Positions 53,059 through 63,893 of a stretch of 64,000 nucleotides of DNA are shown here, in pieces (position 1 is the first letter of the stretch; the number at the start of each line of letters is the position of its first letter). Location of the stretch: NCBI GenBank assembly GCA_963827655.1, contig CAWHCF010000002.1:32001-96000 (forward strand), written 5' to 3'. The DNA is from an uncultured Acidobacteriota bacterium (GTDB lineage: Bacteria; Acidobacteriota; UBA6911). Made by a program: the position numbers and the translations under genes. The notes under the pieces are model-generated. The model had not been told where the DNA came from and searched no databases. It saw only the letters and a program-made list of their open reading frames with translations.

Positions 53059-54687
53059 CTATGCCTCAATCTCGAACCAGACCATCATTGCATGATCTTC
53101 GTGGAGCATGTTGTGGCAGTGCATGACATACCTGCCGACAAAGTCCCGGAAGCGCATGAAGACCCTTGCGTTGTTGCCCGGAGCGAGTCGCAATATGTCT
53201 TTGCGCGCGAGCTCATCGACTGAGGGCGTGCGTCCGTTGCGTGAGAGAATCTGGAATTCCTCGAAGTGGATGTGAACCGGATGGCTCCAGTTGCCACCGC
53301 CTGTCTGCAAGACCCAGATCTCGGAGCTATCCTTTTTCACCAGCGCGTCGACGCGGTTACTATCAAAGAGTCTGCCGTTGATGGTCCAGGCTCCATTCCG
53401 GTTCCCGAAGTTCCAGGTCCGCGTGGCCACGACTTCGTTGCCATCGGCAAGAGGGAGGTCGCGCAACTTGGCGGGAACCAGACTCGGGTCCTCCGCATCG
53501 CGATCTACATCGAACCGCAGTATCGGGGTGCCGGGATCTTCTATAGCGTTCGCCGTAACAGGCCCGCGTCCGTTGTTTTGCCGCAGCCGGTTCTGTACGA
53601 AGATCTGGTCTCCGGGCTCGGCGTTCGAGAAATCTATGATCACATCGGCGCGCTCTGCCACTCCGAGACGGATGCTCGTTCGAATCAGTGGCTCGGGCAA
53701 AAGATTTCCGTCGTTGCCGATTTGAACAAATGATTGCCCGTTGCTCAGGAAGAATTCATAGAAACGCGCCGGCCCGCCATTCAACAACCGAAACCGGTAT
53801 TTGCGCCGAGCCACTCGAAAGAATGGCTGAATCTTCCCGTTGACCGTGAACTTGTCGCCGACAAAACCATTCAAGTCGAACTGGTCAAAAAACAATTCCC
53901 CGTCCGCGGTGAAGCGCCGGTCATTGAAGACCAGCGGTACGTCAAACTCGCCGCTCGGCAGCCGGAAAGCATTGGGGTTGGTATCGGTCTCGTCGCCGGA
54001 GTCCCGCTCGTCAAAAAGGAGGTAGAAGCCGGCCAGCCCCTTGTAGACGTTGGGCGCCGTGAAGTCGAGACGGTGGTCGTGATAAAAGAGCGTGCCCAGT
54101 GCCTCGCGCTCGTCGCCTCGCGGAGGGAAGGCGTCGTAACCCGCCAGGATATTCGGATAGTGGTGGTCCTTGAACTGACCGGGTTCATAAAAGTCGAGCG
54201 GAAAGCCATCGCTTTCCGACGCCGTGTGGCCGTTGTGCAGATGTGTGATGACCGAAGGAATACCGAAGCCAACGTGATTGGCCGGCAAATGGTTGCGAAA
54301 GCGCACCAGGATAGGTACGTCATATCGCTCGCGGAAAGTAGGGCCCGGGTGAATGCCGTTGAAGCCCCAGATCGGATTGAGAGGCAAGTCGCGGTGGAAA
54401 CTGTGGAGCGCCTCTACCATGGGAATCTCATAGAACTTTTGCGGCTGAAAATCGGCGTACCGCTGGTGACCGGCCGGGTGGGGCTCGGGGTCCAGCGACG
54501 GTACCGGCTCGGCGATGGGCGGAACAGGAAGCTCATCGACGAACGGTAAGGTTGGCGGGCTGACGGTTTGTGCGAGGGTGCGGCCGGATTTCGAGGCAAG
54601 GAACGCGACACTCCCCGCCACGAGTCCTGATCTAATCAACTCTCGCCTGCTCAGTCCTTTCTTGGTTTTCTGAGGTTTCTTGGACAT
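53059..54687 (-). CDS. Tat-exported multicopper oxidase (bilirubin oxidase/CotA-like)
   Basis: SRRELI, THLHNGH, YHDH, HPVHIH, HCHNMLHEDHAMM. Confidence 0.92.
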   Translation of the reverse strand: MSKKPQKTKKGLSRRELIRSGLVAGSVAFLASKSGRTLAQTVSPPTLPFVDELPVPPIAEPVPSLDPEPHPAGHQRYADFQPQKFYEIPMVEALHSFHRDLPLNPIWGFNGIHPGPTFRERYDVPILVRFRNHLPANHVGFGIPSVITHLHNGHTASESDGFPLDFYEPGQFKDHHYPNILAGYDAFPPRGDEREALGTLFYHDHRLDFTAPNVYKGLAGFYLLFDERDSGDETDTNPNAFRLPSGEFDVPLVFNDRRFTADGELFFDQFDLNGFVGDKFTVNGKIQPFFRVARRKYRFRLLNGGPARFYEFFLSNGQSFVQIGNDGNLLPEPLIRTSIRLGVAERADVIIDFSNAEPGDQIFVQNRLRQNNGRGPVTANAIEDPGTPILRFDVDRDAEDPSLVPAKLRDLPLADGNEVVATRTWNFGNRNGAWTINGRLFDSNRVDALVKKDSSEIWVLQTGGGNWSHPVHIHFEEFQILSRNGRTPSVDELARKDILRLAPGNNARVFMRFRDFVGRYVMHCHNMLHEDHAMMVWFEIEA

Positions 54688-54711
54688 CGGATTTCTTCCC
54701 CAGGTTGGCCC

Positions 54712-55515
54712 TTAGTAAAAGAACAGCACTTTGGGAACAGCGTCTCTGCCGGGCGCTTTGAACAGATCCTTGGATGCCACACGATATCCCGAGAAAGACT
54801 CCCACACAATGCCCGTGATGGCCGCGGGATCGCCCTTGAGGTGGTAGCTGGATATCGCCAGCCGGGGGCGCCACCGCTTCAAGAGTTGTCGCCCGCCCCG
54901 AAGCGCCCTTTGTTCGGCGCCTTCGATGTCCATCTTGACGAAATCAATTTGCGGGAGCTTGAGACTCTCGACCAGGGCATCGAGCGTCGTTACCTCGACT
55001 GTTTCGTCCCCCTTATCATTGTGGGGGATTACCATGCTGTGGGAATCTCCCACGCGCGAAAGGTGGAGTGAAATCCGGCCGCTCGTATCCCACACGCCCT
55101 TTCGGATCAACTTGACTTTGCCGGTCCTCAGTTCCTGCGCCAGGTTTTTCTCGAAAGCGAGCAGGTTTGCCGGCTCCGGTTCGATGGCCACGACCAGGCG
55201 CGCGCCGGCGCGAAGCGCGACGCGAGTAAACCCACCGATGTGAGCGCCGCAGTCGATCACCACGTCACCGGGGCGTACGTGAGCATCGGGATGGTGATAT
55301 ACCTTTAGGACGGTCTGCTCCCACTCGAGATGTTTGATGACGTCTTTTCCCGGCCGCGGTATCCATAATTGGCCCAGGGCGGTCTGCCACAGCTCAAGTC
55401 CGGTGGCCGGATCTTCCTGCAGCAATACCGGCCCTGTCTGAACGCACCCGGTTGCCGCAACGGGCAGAGCCGCGGCCAGGAGAGCGCACCACACGAAAGA
55501 TGCCGCCTTTATCAT
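54712..55515 (-). CDS. FkbM family methyltransferase with signal peptide
   Basis: IDCGAHIG, AIEP, DFVKMDIEGAE, ISSYH. Confidence 0.85.
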   Translation of the reverse strand: MIKAASFVWCALLAAALPVAATGCVQTGPVLLQEDPATGLELWQTALGQLWIPRPGKDVIKHLEWEQTVLKVYHHPDAHVRPGDVVIDCGAHIGGFTRVALRAGARLVVAIEPEPANLLAFEKNLAQELRTGKVKLIRKGVWDTSGRISLHLSRVGDSHSMVIPHNDKGDETVEVTTLDALVESLKLPQIDFVKMDIEGAEQRALRGGRQLLKRWRPRLAISSYHLKGDPAAITGIVWESFSGYRVASKDLFKAPGRDAVPKVLFFY

Positions 55516-55619
55516 CAGGAATTCTTCTCCAGCTTGTTGCTAGCGTTTCTTCGAGTCTTTGCGTCCTGGCGGTCGCTCCCTAACCACGAAGACGCGAAGA
55601 CTCAAAGAAACGCTACCAG

Positions 55620-58358
55620 TCACCGGTCGGACGATTCCGGCTCGGCCAACCAGATGTTTCCAGTTTGCTCGCCGAGTGCGAACACAATCCGCCCTCGCCC
55701 GACAGCAGGACCAAAGGAAGCGCCCGCCAGCATGTTCGGCGAGCGGCGTGTTTCATGAAAGTGGTAGACAGCCATCGGCTCTCCACGCGGCCGTTTCGTG
55801 GACGGGTCCAGCGGCTGTGCCCAGATGCAGGGGTAACCGTCGCGCGTGGAAAGAAAGTACAGCAGATTGCCGTCCGGCGACCACCACGGCCGACGATTGG
55901 AGCCCGCCGCGTCAGTCACCGTGATCCATTCTGCTTCCCCCGCCGCTTTGCCTTCGCGCACCGGCGCAATTTTCAAAGGCTCGCTGACCGGACCTGGGAT
56001 GTGGAACGCCACCCACTTGCCGTCCGGCGACAGTTCGGCGCCGTGGATGTCGAGCGTTGGATGAGAGATCAGATCCCGGCTCTGGCGTGCCTCGAGATCG
56101 AACACCGAAAAACGGATCGGAGCGCCGTGCCAGTAAACAATCCGCTTCCCATCGGCACTCCAACCATAAACCGCAACCCCGCCGGGCGGATCCAGGAGCT
56201 TTGTTGCTTCTCCTCCCGCAGACTCCATCAGGAAGAGCGGCCCTCTACCGCGCGTTACGTAGGCGACCTTCGTTCCATCCGGCGACATCTTCGGCCGGGC
56301 CCGCCCTGTGCTAAGCACTCTTTCGGTTCCTGAGTCCATGTCGCGCAATCGCAGTTCTTCCGAACCAGGTCCACTCTGTAAATACACCAGCCGCCTGCCG
56401 TCGGCGGAAGATGTGGGCATGGCCTGGATCCCACCGGCATGATTCAGGGGTTGTGTCGGGCCTGCAACCTTGCCCGAGTCCAGATCCAGGGGAAGGCTCC
56501 AGAGGTGAGAGGCCCAAGTGCAGCTCTCAAAGACGAGCTTTGACGGGGTTGCCCGGACATTCGCCATCTCCGTCGTGCTGGAAGCAAGTTTCCGGAGTTC
56601 ACCAGGCTGCGGCAAACCCTTCTTGAACCCGATTGTGTAGATCGAGGACCCTGCGCTAAAGAACAGCGCATCTCCAATCCAATCGATCCGATACACAGAT
56701 CCTTCTCCTACACGGAAAACAAACGAAATCTTTTGTTCCCGAAGCAAGGAAATCAGCCCGGTCTTTACTGAGGCCGCTCCCTCAATAGAACCCAGCCAGA
56801 ATTCCATCGACGCAGAGTCGTTGGTTTTTGCGGCGCCGAGCACCAGAAGGTGCCGCCCGTCAGGTGACCACACTGGCAGACTGGTCCAGGGAATATCGGC
56901 CGCAATGCGCTTGGGCGTGCCTCCGCCGGAAGGTATAACGAAGACTTTCGCCTCGGACAAGAAGTTGGCGGCTGAATTGGACGATGTAGAATAAGCAACC
57001 CAGCGGCCATCCGGAGAAAAGCGCGGCGAACGCCCTCCGCGTACGAGCAAACGCTCTTCGCCTCCAAAGGAAGGAATCAGGTAGATTCCACCGCCATCGC
57101 GCCTGGAGTAGAACGCAATCTGGCCGCCGTCGGGCGAAAACGACGGCTCCATGTCGTCAGCCGGATTCTGCGTCAGGCGAATCGGCTGTGATCCTTGTGC
57201 CAGCGGCTGTACCCACAAGTCGAGGTTAGTACCGTTCGACGCCCGGTCCGACGCATACGCTGCCAGCTTGCCGTCTGGTGACAGCGCCGGTGTGGTTGTC
57301 AATCCACCGTCGGCCGTCAGCGGCCGCAGTTGCCATTCCACTGGGGTTGGTGCCGGGCGCAGGCGCCACCAAAGTGCCGCACCGGCCACGCCCAGCAACG
57401 CAGCAGCGGCCGCTGCCAGCACCCATCTTCGCGAGCCGCGCTGCTGTGGAGGCGCTGCGCCGAGATGTCCCGAATCGGATTCCTCCTTCAGCTCCTCCAG
57501 GGCAATCCTCACCTCTTTCATCACTGGAAGCGCCGCTCCGGGTCCTTGCGCAGGCAGCGCCGAATGATCTTCTCCAGATCCCGAGGTACCGTTGTCCCCA
57601 GCTCGCCGGCTGGTTTGGGTTCGCCTTGCAGAATGGCCGACAAGGTCGACAGCTTCGTCTCGCCCTGAAACGCCCGCCGTCCGGTACTCATCTCGTACAA
57701 CACGGAGCCAAACGAGAAAACGTCCGACCTGGCATCGAGTTTCTTTCCCTCGACCTGTTCCGGCGACATGTAGGACGGCGTCCCCACAATGGTGCCTTCG
57801 TCTGTCTTCGGCGCTGCGTCTTGCAGCGGTAGGGTGTTGGCCTCAGCGCCAGCCGTGTTCTGGTTCCAGCAGCTTGGCCAGGCCAAAGTCCACCACCTTT
57901 ACCCGTCCATCGTCGGTCACCATGATGTTCGACGGCTTCAGGTCCCTGTGCACAATGCCTGCGGCGTGAGCCTTCGACAAGGCGTCGGCGATTTGAATTG
58001 AGTATTTGAATGTGTCGGCCAGTGGTAAGGCTTTGCGGTGCAGCAACTGATCGAGCGTCTTGCCTTCGATCAACTCCATCGCGATGAAGTCGTGCTGGTC
58101 GTGCGAGGCAATGTCATAAATGGTGACAATGTGAGGATGGTTCAGCGCGGAAGCGGCTCGGGCTTCCTGCACAAAGCGTTTCTGACGTTCCGGATTGCTG
58201 ACCTTACCGGCAGGCAGCAGCTTCAGCGCCACGGGACGATTGAGGTGGGTATCGAGCGCCCGGTATACCACCCCCATGCCGCCTTGGCCGAGCTTCTCCT
58301 GAATCTGATAGTGAGACAAAGTTTGGCCAGTCAGTTCAGGTTCAGAGCTCTTAATCAT
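55620..58358 (-). CDS. Hanks-type Ser/Thr kinase - TM - TolB/PD40 beta-propeller protein; two frameshifts (near 57860 and 57523)
   Basis: GQGGMG, VALK, HRDLKPSN, DFG; GTPSYMSPEQ, DVFSFG, RCLRKDPERRFQ; TM then repeated SPDG blades. Confidence 0.88.
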
Positions 58359-58536
58359 TTGGAGATAGTCTGATTATATATGAGTTCGTTCGCCGAACAA
58401 GAACGAATGCGGGTATCCGGATTCTTTACGAAGGCGCTATCCTTATGCAGAGCTTTTCTGACGAGTCGTTTTGTGAAAGAAAATGCCGCAGGGACTCAGG
58501 AGCACCACAATGAGGATGTTACTCTTTTGAGGAGTG

Positions 58537-59538
58537 TCACTTCCCTGTCACAACCCGGAATATCTGAATGCGCTTGTTCCCCTTATCGACAACGTACAGG
58601 TCGCCTCCCGCGCTGATCGCCACACTGGTAGGATTATTGAACGTTCCAGGCTGATCTCCTGAAGACCCAAATTCGCCTATATACTCGCCGCTGGAATGCA
58701 GAATTTGAATGCGATGATTATTGTAGTCGGCCACATAAAAGTTGCCGAATTGATCTGCCGTTATCCCGCTTGGATTTTGCAGCTCACCGGCACCCTTGCC
58801 TGGGCGTCCAAAGGCTCGCGCGAACATGCCAACCTTATCAAAAACCTGGATGCGGTGATTCTTGAAATCGCAGACGTAGATCACGTCGTCTTTGTCGATA
58901 AAAAGAGAAATCGGGCTATCGAACTCCCCTTCTCTCTTTCCGAACTTTCCAAACGATCTCAGGAATTTTCCGTTTTCGTCGAAAACTTGAACGCGGTGGT
59001 TGCCCCAATCCGCCACGTAGATTCTGTTATTTTTGTCTAAGGCTATGCCTCTGGGGTTCTTGAAGAACCCGGGGTCTTCGCCCCGTTTCCCGACCGACTT
59101 GGTGACATGGTGGGCCGTGTCTAATATCTGGATGCGATCGTTTCCCGTGTCCGCAACATAAAGATTCCCCGCATTATCTATAGCCACACCATCCACCCAG
59201 GCGAAGTCTCCCGGTCGATGACCTTTCTGTCCGATGCTTTCCACCAACCCTTTGGTTTTATCGAAGACAAGGATGCGGTGAGCCAGGTCATCGGCTACAT
59301 AAATACGATCGTCTGGACCTAGAGAAACTCCAAAGGGTCCAACAAAGTATTCACGACCTTTGTCGGCTTTAAGTTCCCCTGCGAACTGGATCTGGAGTTT
59401 TGAACCTTTCCAAGGGATAGAAAGGCTAAAACCGCGAGTTTCTTGGAAGAAAGCGAATCCTCCGGAAAGCGTCAAGAAAACTAGAAGAAAAGAAGATTTA
59501 AGCAGCACAACAAAACCGCAACAAAGCCCCGACACCAA
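58537..59538 (-). CDS. Membrane-anchored NHL-repeat six-bladed beta-propeller protein
   Basis: Six P.G.A.D..G..YVAD..NHRIQVF-type repeats after a hydrophobic N-terminus. Confidence 0.88.
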   Translation of the reverse strand: MVSGLCCGFVVLLKSSFLLVFLTLSGGFAFFQETRGFSLSIPWKGSKLQIQFAGELKADKGREYFVGPFGVSLGPDDRIYVADDLAHRILVFDKTKGLVESIGQKGHRPGDFAWVDGVAIDNAGNLYVADTGNDRIQILDTAHHVTKSVGKRGEDPGFFKNPRGIALDKNNRIYVADWGNHRVQVFDENGKFLRSFGKFGKREGEFDSPISLFIDKDDVIYVCDFKNHRIQVFDKVGMFARAFGRPGKGAGELQNPSGITADQFGNFYVADYNNHRIQILHSSGEYIGEFGSSGDQPGTFNNPTSVAISAGGDLYVVDKGNKRIQIFRVVTGK

Positions 59539-59591
59539 TGGTTACCGCTTGGTTGAGTGCGAAACAAATACCACTAGGACACGAAGACACA

Positions 59592-62354
59592 CTAGCGCGC
59601 TCCGGCGGCGGGACGATCCGGTTTGCGCGGGGGAAGATCGTTGTGGAGCAGCACGCTGTTGAACAAGAGATTGAACTCGCCGTGATTCTGCCATCTGTAG
59701 CAGGGGTTGGTGGCGAAGAGAATCACGCGACCGGCCGACACCGGCACATCGAGAATCGCCGGCCGATTGCGAATCTCCGCCGGACCCCTCATGAGCCCGC
59801 TCAGCACGCTCTTGTCTCCGCCAGGAAAGCGCATCAAGACCTGCTGCTCGCGATCCTGCTCCGGAACTTGCAGCAGAGGTCCGTTGGCGTAGCGGACCGG
59901 AATCGCTCGCGCGACATAGCCATGGAACAGAGGATGGGCGGCGTGGGCGATCTCCGCCTCGACGATGGGTCCGGGCGCGTAGAATTGCGGGCTGGGCCGG
60001 GTCGCCTCGACCGTGCGGGCGATGCCAAACTCGGCGGGGAAGAAGCTTGCCGCACCCAGTGTCACGAGCGACCCGCCGGCTTCTACGAACCGCTGGATCT
60101 CCAGCGCTCCGGCCAGGCCCATACCCCCCGTGATGTCTTCGGATTCGCCGTACATCCCGAGGAAGCGAAATCTGTCGGTTCTGGTGTAAGCGACAGGCTT
60201 GTCTTTCGGGGCGATGTCGAAAACGAGCCCTTTCGCCGTGCGGCCTTGATTGGGGACGAGGATAACGTCGTAGGCGGAACGCAGATTGCCCTGCTTTACC
60301 CGCTCCTTGAAGATGAGATCGTAGGCCACCTCGAACTTGTCGAGCGCGTGCCGCACCCAGCCCACTTCCTGCGTGTTTCCCCACGTGCTGTAAACGGCCA
60401 GGCGCGGGAGGTCGAGCTCGTAAGTCTCAACTTCGGGGAGCTGCGCCAGGGCGCTGCCGGTGAGTCCGAGCTGCTCGACCAGGCTCCGGATCCGACGGTG
60501 AACCTCATCCCCTCGCGTGCCCGCGGCAATCACGTACGAGCCGCGAGGGAACTCCATCGAACCCGATTTGAACGCCTCTTTCGCCGCCAGGAATCTCAGG
60601 TCCTTCAACCGGTAGCGCAGAGTCACCATGTTGTTGGAACCATGGTGAGCGACTGCGTAATAAGGCGAGGCTTCACCGAGAAGATTCCCCGCGGGTTTGA
60701 TCTCGGTGACCGCTTCCACCGGGACGTTGAGCACAGCCTTGTCCGCGATCTCTTTGACCTCGGCCTGGAACATCAATCCCATGGTCCACCCGGTGTCATC
60801 GTAGGTGCGCAGATTGGGATCCGGTAGCTCCTGCTTCTCAAGCAGTATCTTGGCCAGACGTCCGTAAGGCTGGTCCCTTTTGACGACGTACGAACCCGCC
60901 GGAAACTTTCCCTCCTTGAGGGTGAACTCCGAACTCGCTCGGCCCACTTCAATTCCCTGTGTCCGCAGAATATTGACCAGCGCGGCGACCCGGGTCATGT
61001 CCCGCTGGCCGCCGGGCACTACATATCCGAACGGAGCATCCTTCTTCCCCGACTCGACCGAGTTGCGGCTCTTGCGGTAGAAATTATCGAGAACAACGCG
61101 TGGAAACGCCGCCGTCAGCTCGAGAGCCGTCAGGACGCCGGTCTGCATGTAATTCGTGTTGTTCCGCATCGACCATTCCACTTCCTTGTACGGCGGGAGC
61201 GGTCGATACCACTCGCGGCTGGTCTGGCCGGGACCCGTGGCATCCGGGGAGACAATCCGGCGCTTCATCGTGGTAGCTCCGCCGTTGCCGAAGGTTTCGT
61301 ACATCCGGAGCATGCCGTTGTGATTCGAGGACATGAACCCGAGATATCCCGGAGACCACATGTCCACAAAGGCATGAGTCCATACGCCGGGCATGCCGTA
61401 CTTGGTCATCTGGGCCATCTCGAAGTTCGAAAACCACGGAAGCTCGCCGTAAAGGATCGGATCGAGAGTGGGGTTTTGCGGAGCCTGTCCGCTGAACGTG
61501 TAGAGGAACGGCACCGACTCGTGGAGTTCATGCATTACCGGGGGGTGCCATTGGAGATACCAGTCCAGCAGCGTTCGCATCGTTACCTGGGAATAATTAA
61601 TGTCCCGATTGTTGTCGTGAAAGATGTACTTGCCCCAGTATGGTGGACCGCCCTGACGGTCCCGATCGTCGGTGATGTCGATCAGATGCCGGTAATACCA
61701 GTCGACGTAGCGGTCGCGCCCGTCGGGCTCTGCCACCGGCGTGATCGTGACGATCACGTTGTCGCGGATCGCACGGATGAATGGAGATTCGTCCACTGCG
61801 AGCCGATAGGCAAGTTCCATCAACATCTCGGGGGGCCCTGTTTCGCCACTGTGAAGGCCGCCGATCAAGTGGTAAATCGGCTTGGTCTTGCGGATGATTT
61901 CCTGCGCCTGGGCTTCGCTGATCGATCTGGGGTCGGCCAGCCGGGCCAGGTTGAGCCGGTTTTGCTCCAGATTCTGCAGGGACTCTTCGGACCCCACCAC
62001 GACTACGACACATTCGCGGTTTTCATCAGTCTTTCCGATCGGAAGCACCTTCACGCGCGGAGTCTTGGCAGCCAGTGTCCGGTAATAATTCAAGACAGAG
62101 CTGTAGTAGGTCAGCACCTTGGGCGCTCCGATGTAATACCCCAAGATATCCTTCGGCGACGGGATGCCCGGCGCAACGGGCAGATGATCGACCAGCGGAC
62201 TCATGAACTCAGGCAGCGTGGTCCATTCCTTGACCCGGCGTGCGAACTCCTCGTCCCGTGCCTGACTGGTGATCGAAAGCTCAGGGGACTGGGCGAGACT
62301 CGCAGTCGCGATCGCGAGACAAATAATCCAGAGCGCCGCTCGGGGAACGGACAT
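59592..62354 (-). CDS. Secreted M14 family zinc carboxypeptidase
   Basis: Signal peptide, LHSGE, PDGRD, DNNRD, HE zinc-binding region, C-terminal GATase-like domain. Confidence 0.85.
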   Translation of the reverse strand: MSVPRAALWIICLAIATASLAQSPELSITSQARDEEFARRVKEWTTLPEFMSPLVDHLPVAPGIPSPKDILGYYIGAPKVLTYYSSVLNYYRTLAAKTPRVKVLPIGKTDENRECVVVVVGSEESLQNLEQNRLNLARLADPRSISEAQAQEIIRKTKPIYHLIGGLHSGETGPPEMLMELAYRLAVDESPFIRAIRDNVIVTITPVAEPDGRDRYVDWYYRHLIDITDDRDRQGGPPYWGKYIFHDNNRDINYSQVTMRTLLDWYLQWHPPVMHELHESVPFLYTFSGQAPQNPTLDPILYGELPWFSNFEMAQMTKYGMPGVWTHAFVDMWSPGYLGFMSSNHNGMLRMYETFGNGGATTMKRRIVSPDATGPGQTSREWYRPLPPYKEVEWSMRNNTNYMQTGVLTALELTAAFPRVVLDNFYRKSRNSVESGKKDAPFGYVVPGGQRDMTRVAALVNILRTQGIEVGRASSEFTLKEGKFPAGSYVVKRDQPYGRLAKILLEKQELPDPNLRTYDDTGWTMGLMFQAEVKEIADKAVLNVPVEAVTEIKPAGNLLGEASPYYAVAHHGSNNMVTLRYRLKDLRFLAAKEAFKSGSMEFPRGSYVIAAGTRGDEVHRRIRSLVEQLGLTGSALAQLPEVETYELDLPRLAVYSTWGNTQEVGWVRHALDKFEVAYDLIFKERVKQGNLRSAYDVILVPNQGRTAKGLVFDIAPKDKPVAYTRTDRFRFLGMYGESEDITGGMGLAGALEIQRFVEAGGSLVTLGAASFFPAEFGIARTVEATRPSPQFYAPGPIVEAEIAHAAHPLFHGYVARAIPVRYANGPLLQVPEQDREQQVLMRFPGGDKSVLSGLMRGPAEIRNRPAILDVPVSAGRVILFATNPCYRWQNHGEFNLLFNSVLLHNDLPPRKPDRPAAGAR

Positions 62355-62446
62355 ACCAAAACTCCTTCGCCATGAATGGGTTCGAGTCTGCGGTATACTC
62401 TAGCGCACAATCGAAGTCAAGCGATGCAGCAGCCCAAAAGCATCCG

Positions 62447-62590
62447 AAACATGACGGGGGCAGCATCGGCGGACCCATCGTGAAGAACAAGCTGTTCTTT
62501 TTCGCGGACTGGGAAGGCACCTTCGAGCGGGTGGGCTTTTCCTCGCTCTTTTCCGTCCCGCCGGCTGACTTTCGCAGGGGGGATTTTCAC
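62447..62590 (+). pseudogene. Isolated fragment of an Oar-type TonB-dependent receptor gene
   Basis: GGSIGGPIVKNKLFFFADWEG...SVPPADFRRGDF matches the FGWSVGGPV...KTFFF...SVPTPEMYQGDF segment of the intact TBDR. Confidence 0.65.
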
Positions 62591-62752
62591 CCATCCGGGC
62601 GCAGGCATTGCTGTCTGCGCCCGATTTGCCGGTCGGCTTGATCTGCTCCCCTGAATCCGAATGGAAAATTTCAGCACGGATTACAGGATCGTGTATGGTG
62701 TTCCTGCGCAAGCGCTCAGTCGGGTCGGACCCTCAGAAAGGATGAACAGACA

Positions 62753-63043
62753 ATGTCAGAGTGGGAATTCGCACAGTCTCAGCCTTCGGATGAGTTGGCC
62801 AAGCTGCATTTTTTCTCAATGAAGAAACGCCAGCCGGAGGGCGATATAGAATTCACCATCACCGTGCGCGAGTATGTCGATCGAAACCCGCAGCTCATGC
62901 GATTCTTTGCGCAAGCCGACAAGAAAACCAACCAGAAGACGGCACCATTCACACCCTTTGGCTGGGGTGAAACTCTCCTGCAGGCACTGAGTGAGTGCGT
63001 GCGGGCCATCCATCGGTTCCCCTACGAGGGTGAAGACAGCTAA
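62753..63043 (+). CDS. Hypothetical protein (96 aa)
   Basis: Clean ORF with AAGGA upstream, globular composition, no recognised motif. Confidence 0.6.
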   Translation: MSEWEFAQSQPSDELAKLHFFSMKKRQPEGDIEFTITVREYVDRNPQLMRFFAQADKKTNQKTAPFTPFGWGETLLQALSECVRAIHRFPYEGEDS

Positions 63044-63095
63044 GATTCCTGGTGTTTCTTCGCAACGCTAACCACAAAGACACGAAGAAGAAACA

Positions 63096-63893
63096 CTAAA
63101 GGCGTCCCAGAAGCCGGTACCAGACAAAGCCCACATACTCATGATAGGCCAGTTGCAGCGAACCAAGTCGCGCCACCGAAGGATAACCAAAGCTCTTGAC
63201 AACCTTGAAGCTCCAGGCAGACCAGGGCTTTCCGGGCGGAAACTCCTGGAGCGTCCAGATACAGGCAGGCGCGGCAATGGGTGTCATACCGAGCTTGTGA
63301 GCTATTGCCATCGCACGCCGAAGATGACAGGCTGAGGTCACCAGTATGAAAGGGTTCTGCCCCACGATCGGCTTCACCTCCACAAGGTTTTCGTAGGTGT
63401 CCCGCGACCGCCCTTCGACCAGGACATCTTCGGTCGAAACCCCCATGGCCACGATGAAGTCCGCCATCTGCTGCGCGATCGGCTTATCTCCCTTTCTCAA
63501 AATCCCTCCCGAGACTACGATCTTGGATTTCGGAATCTGGCGGTAGAGCCTGATCCCCTCGGCAACCCGGCAGATCGTCTCCCCCGCGAGGTTACTGGTC
63601 ACGGGAGTCGAGGGATTCTCGACACCATAACCTGAGAGGATCACTATGCGCTCAACGCGGCTAGACGAATCCACGGCCTGGAGCGGGGGATAGAAGCCCT
63701 CGAGGTTTGCAATCGCAAGTTCGGCCAGGGGAGAAGAGGTAAACACCAGGTACAGCCCAGCTGCGACAAAAAGCAACCGGTGTCCGGTCCTTCTCCTGCG
63801 TTTCGTCACGCTCAGCACGATGCCGGCCACCAGGATAGCAGTCATGATTCCGACAGGAGAGAAGCTGAGTTCGACCAATCTTTTAAGCATCAA
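63096..63893 (-). CDS. ElyC/SanA/YdcF (DUF218) family protein
   Basis: Two N-terminal TMs, VVSGG, EGRSRDTYEN, LVTSACHLRRA, HEYVG. Confidence 0.88.
   Translation of the reverse strand: MMLKRLVELSFSPVGIMTAILVAGIVLSVTKRRRRTGHRLLFVAAGLYLVFTSSPLAELAIANLEGFYPPLQAVDSSSRVERIVILSGYGVENPSTPVTSNLAGETICRVAEGIRLYRQIPKSKIVVSGGILRKGDKPIAQQMADFIVAMGVSTEDVLVEGRSRDTYENLVEVKPIVGQNPFILVTSACHLRRAMAIAHKLGMTPIAAPACIWTLQEFPPGKPWSAWSFKVVKSFGYPSVARLGSLQLAYHEYVGFVWYRLLGRL

Noticed and set aside
59538-60827. Long antisense ORFs such as 59538..60827, 3041..4420 and 42587..43768
   Set aside because: Shadow frames opposite well-supported genes in GC-rich DNA, with no motifs
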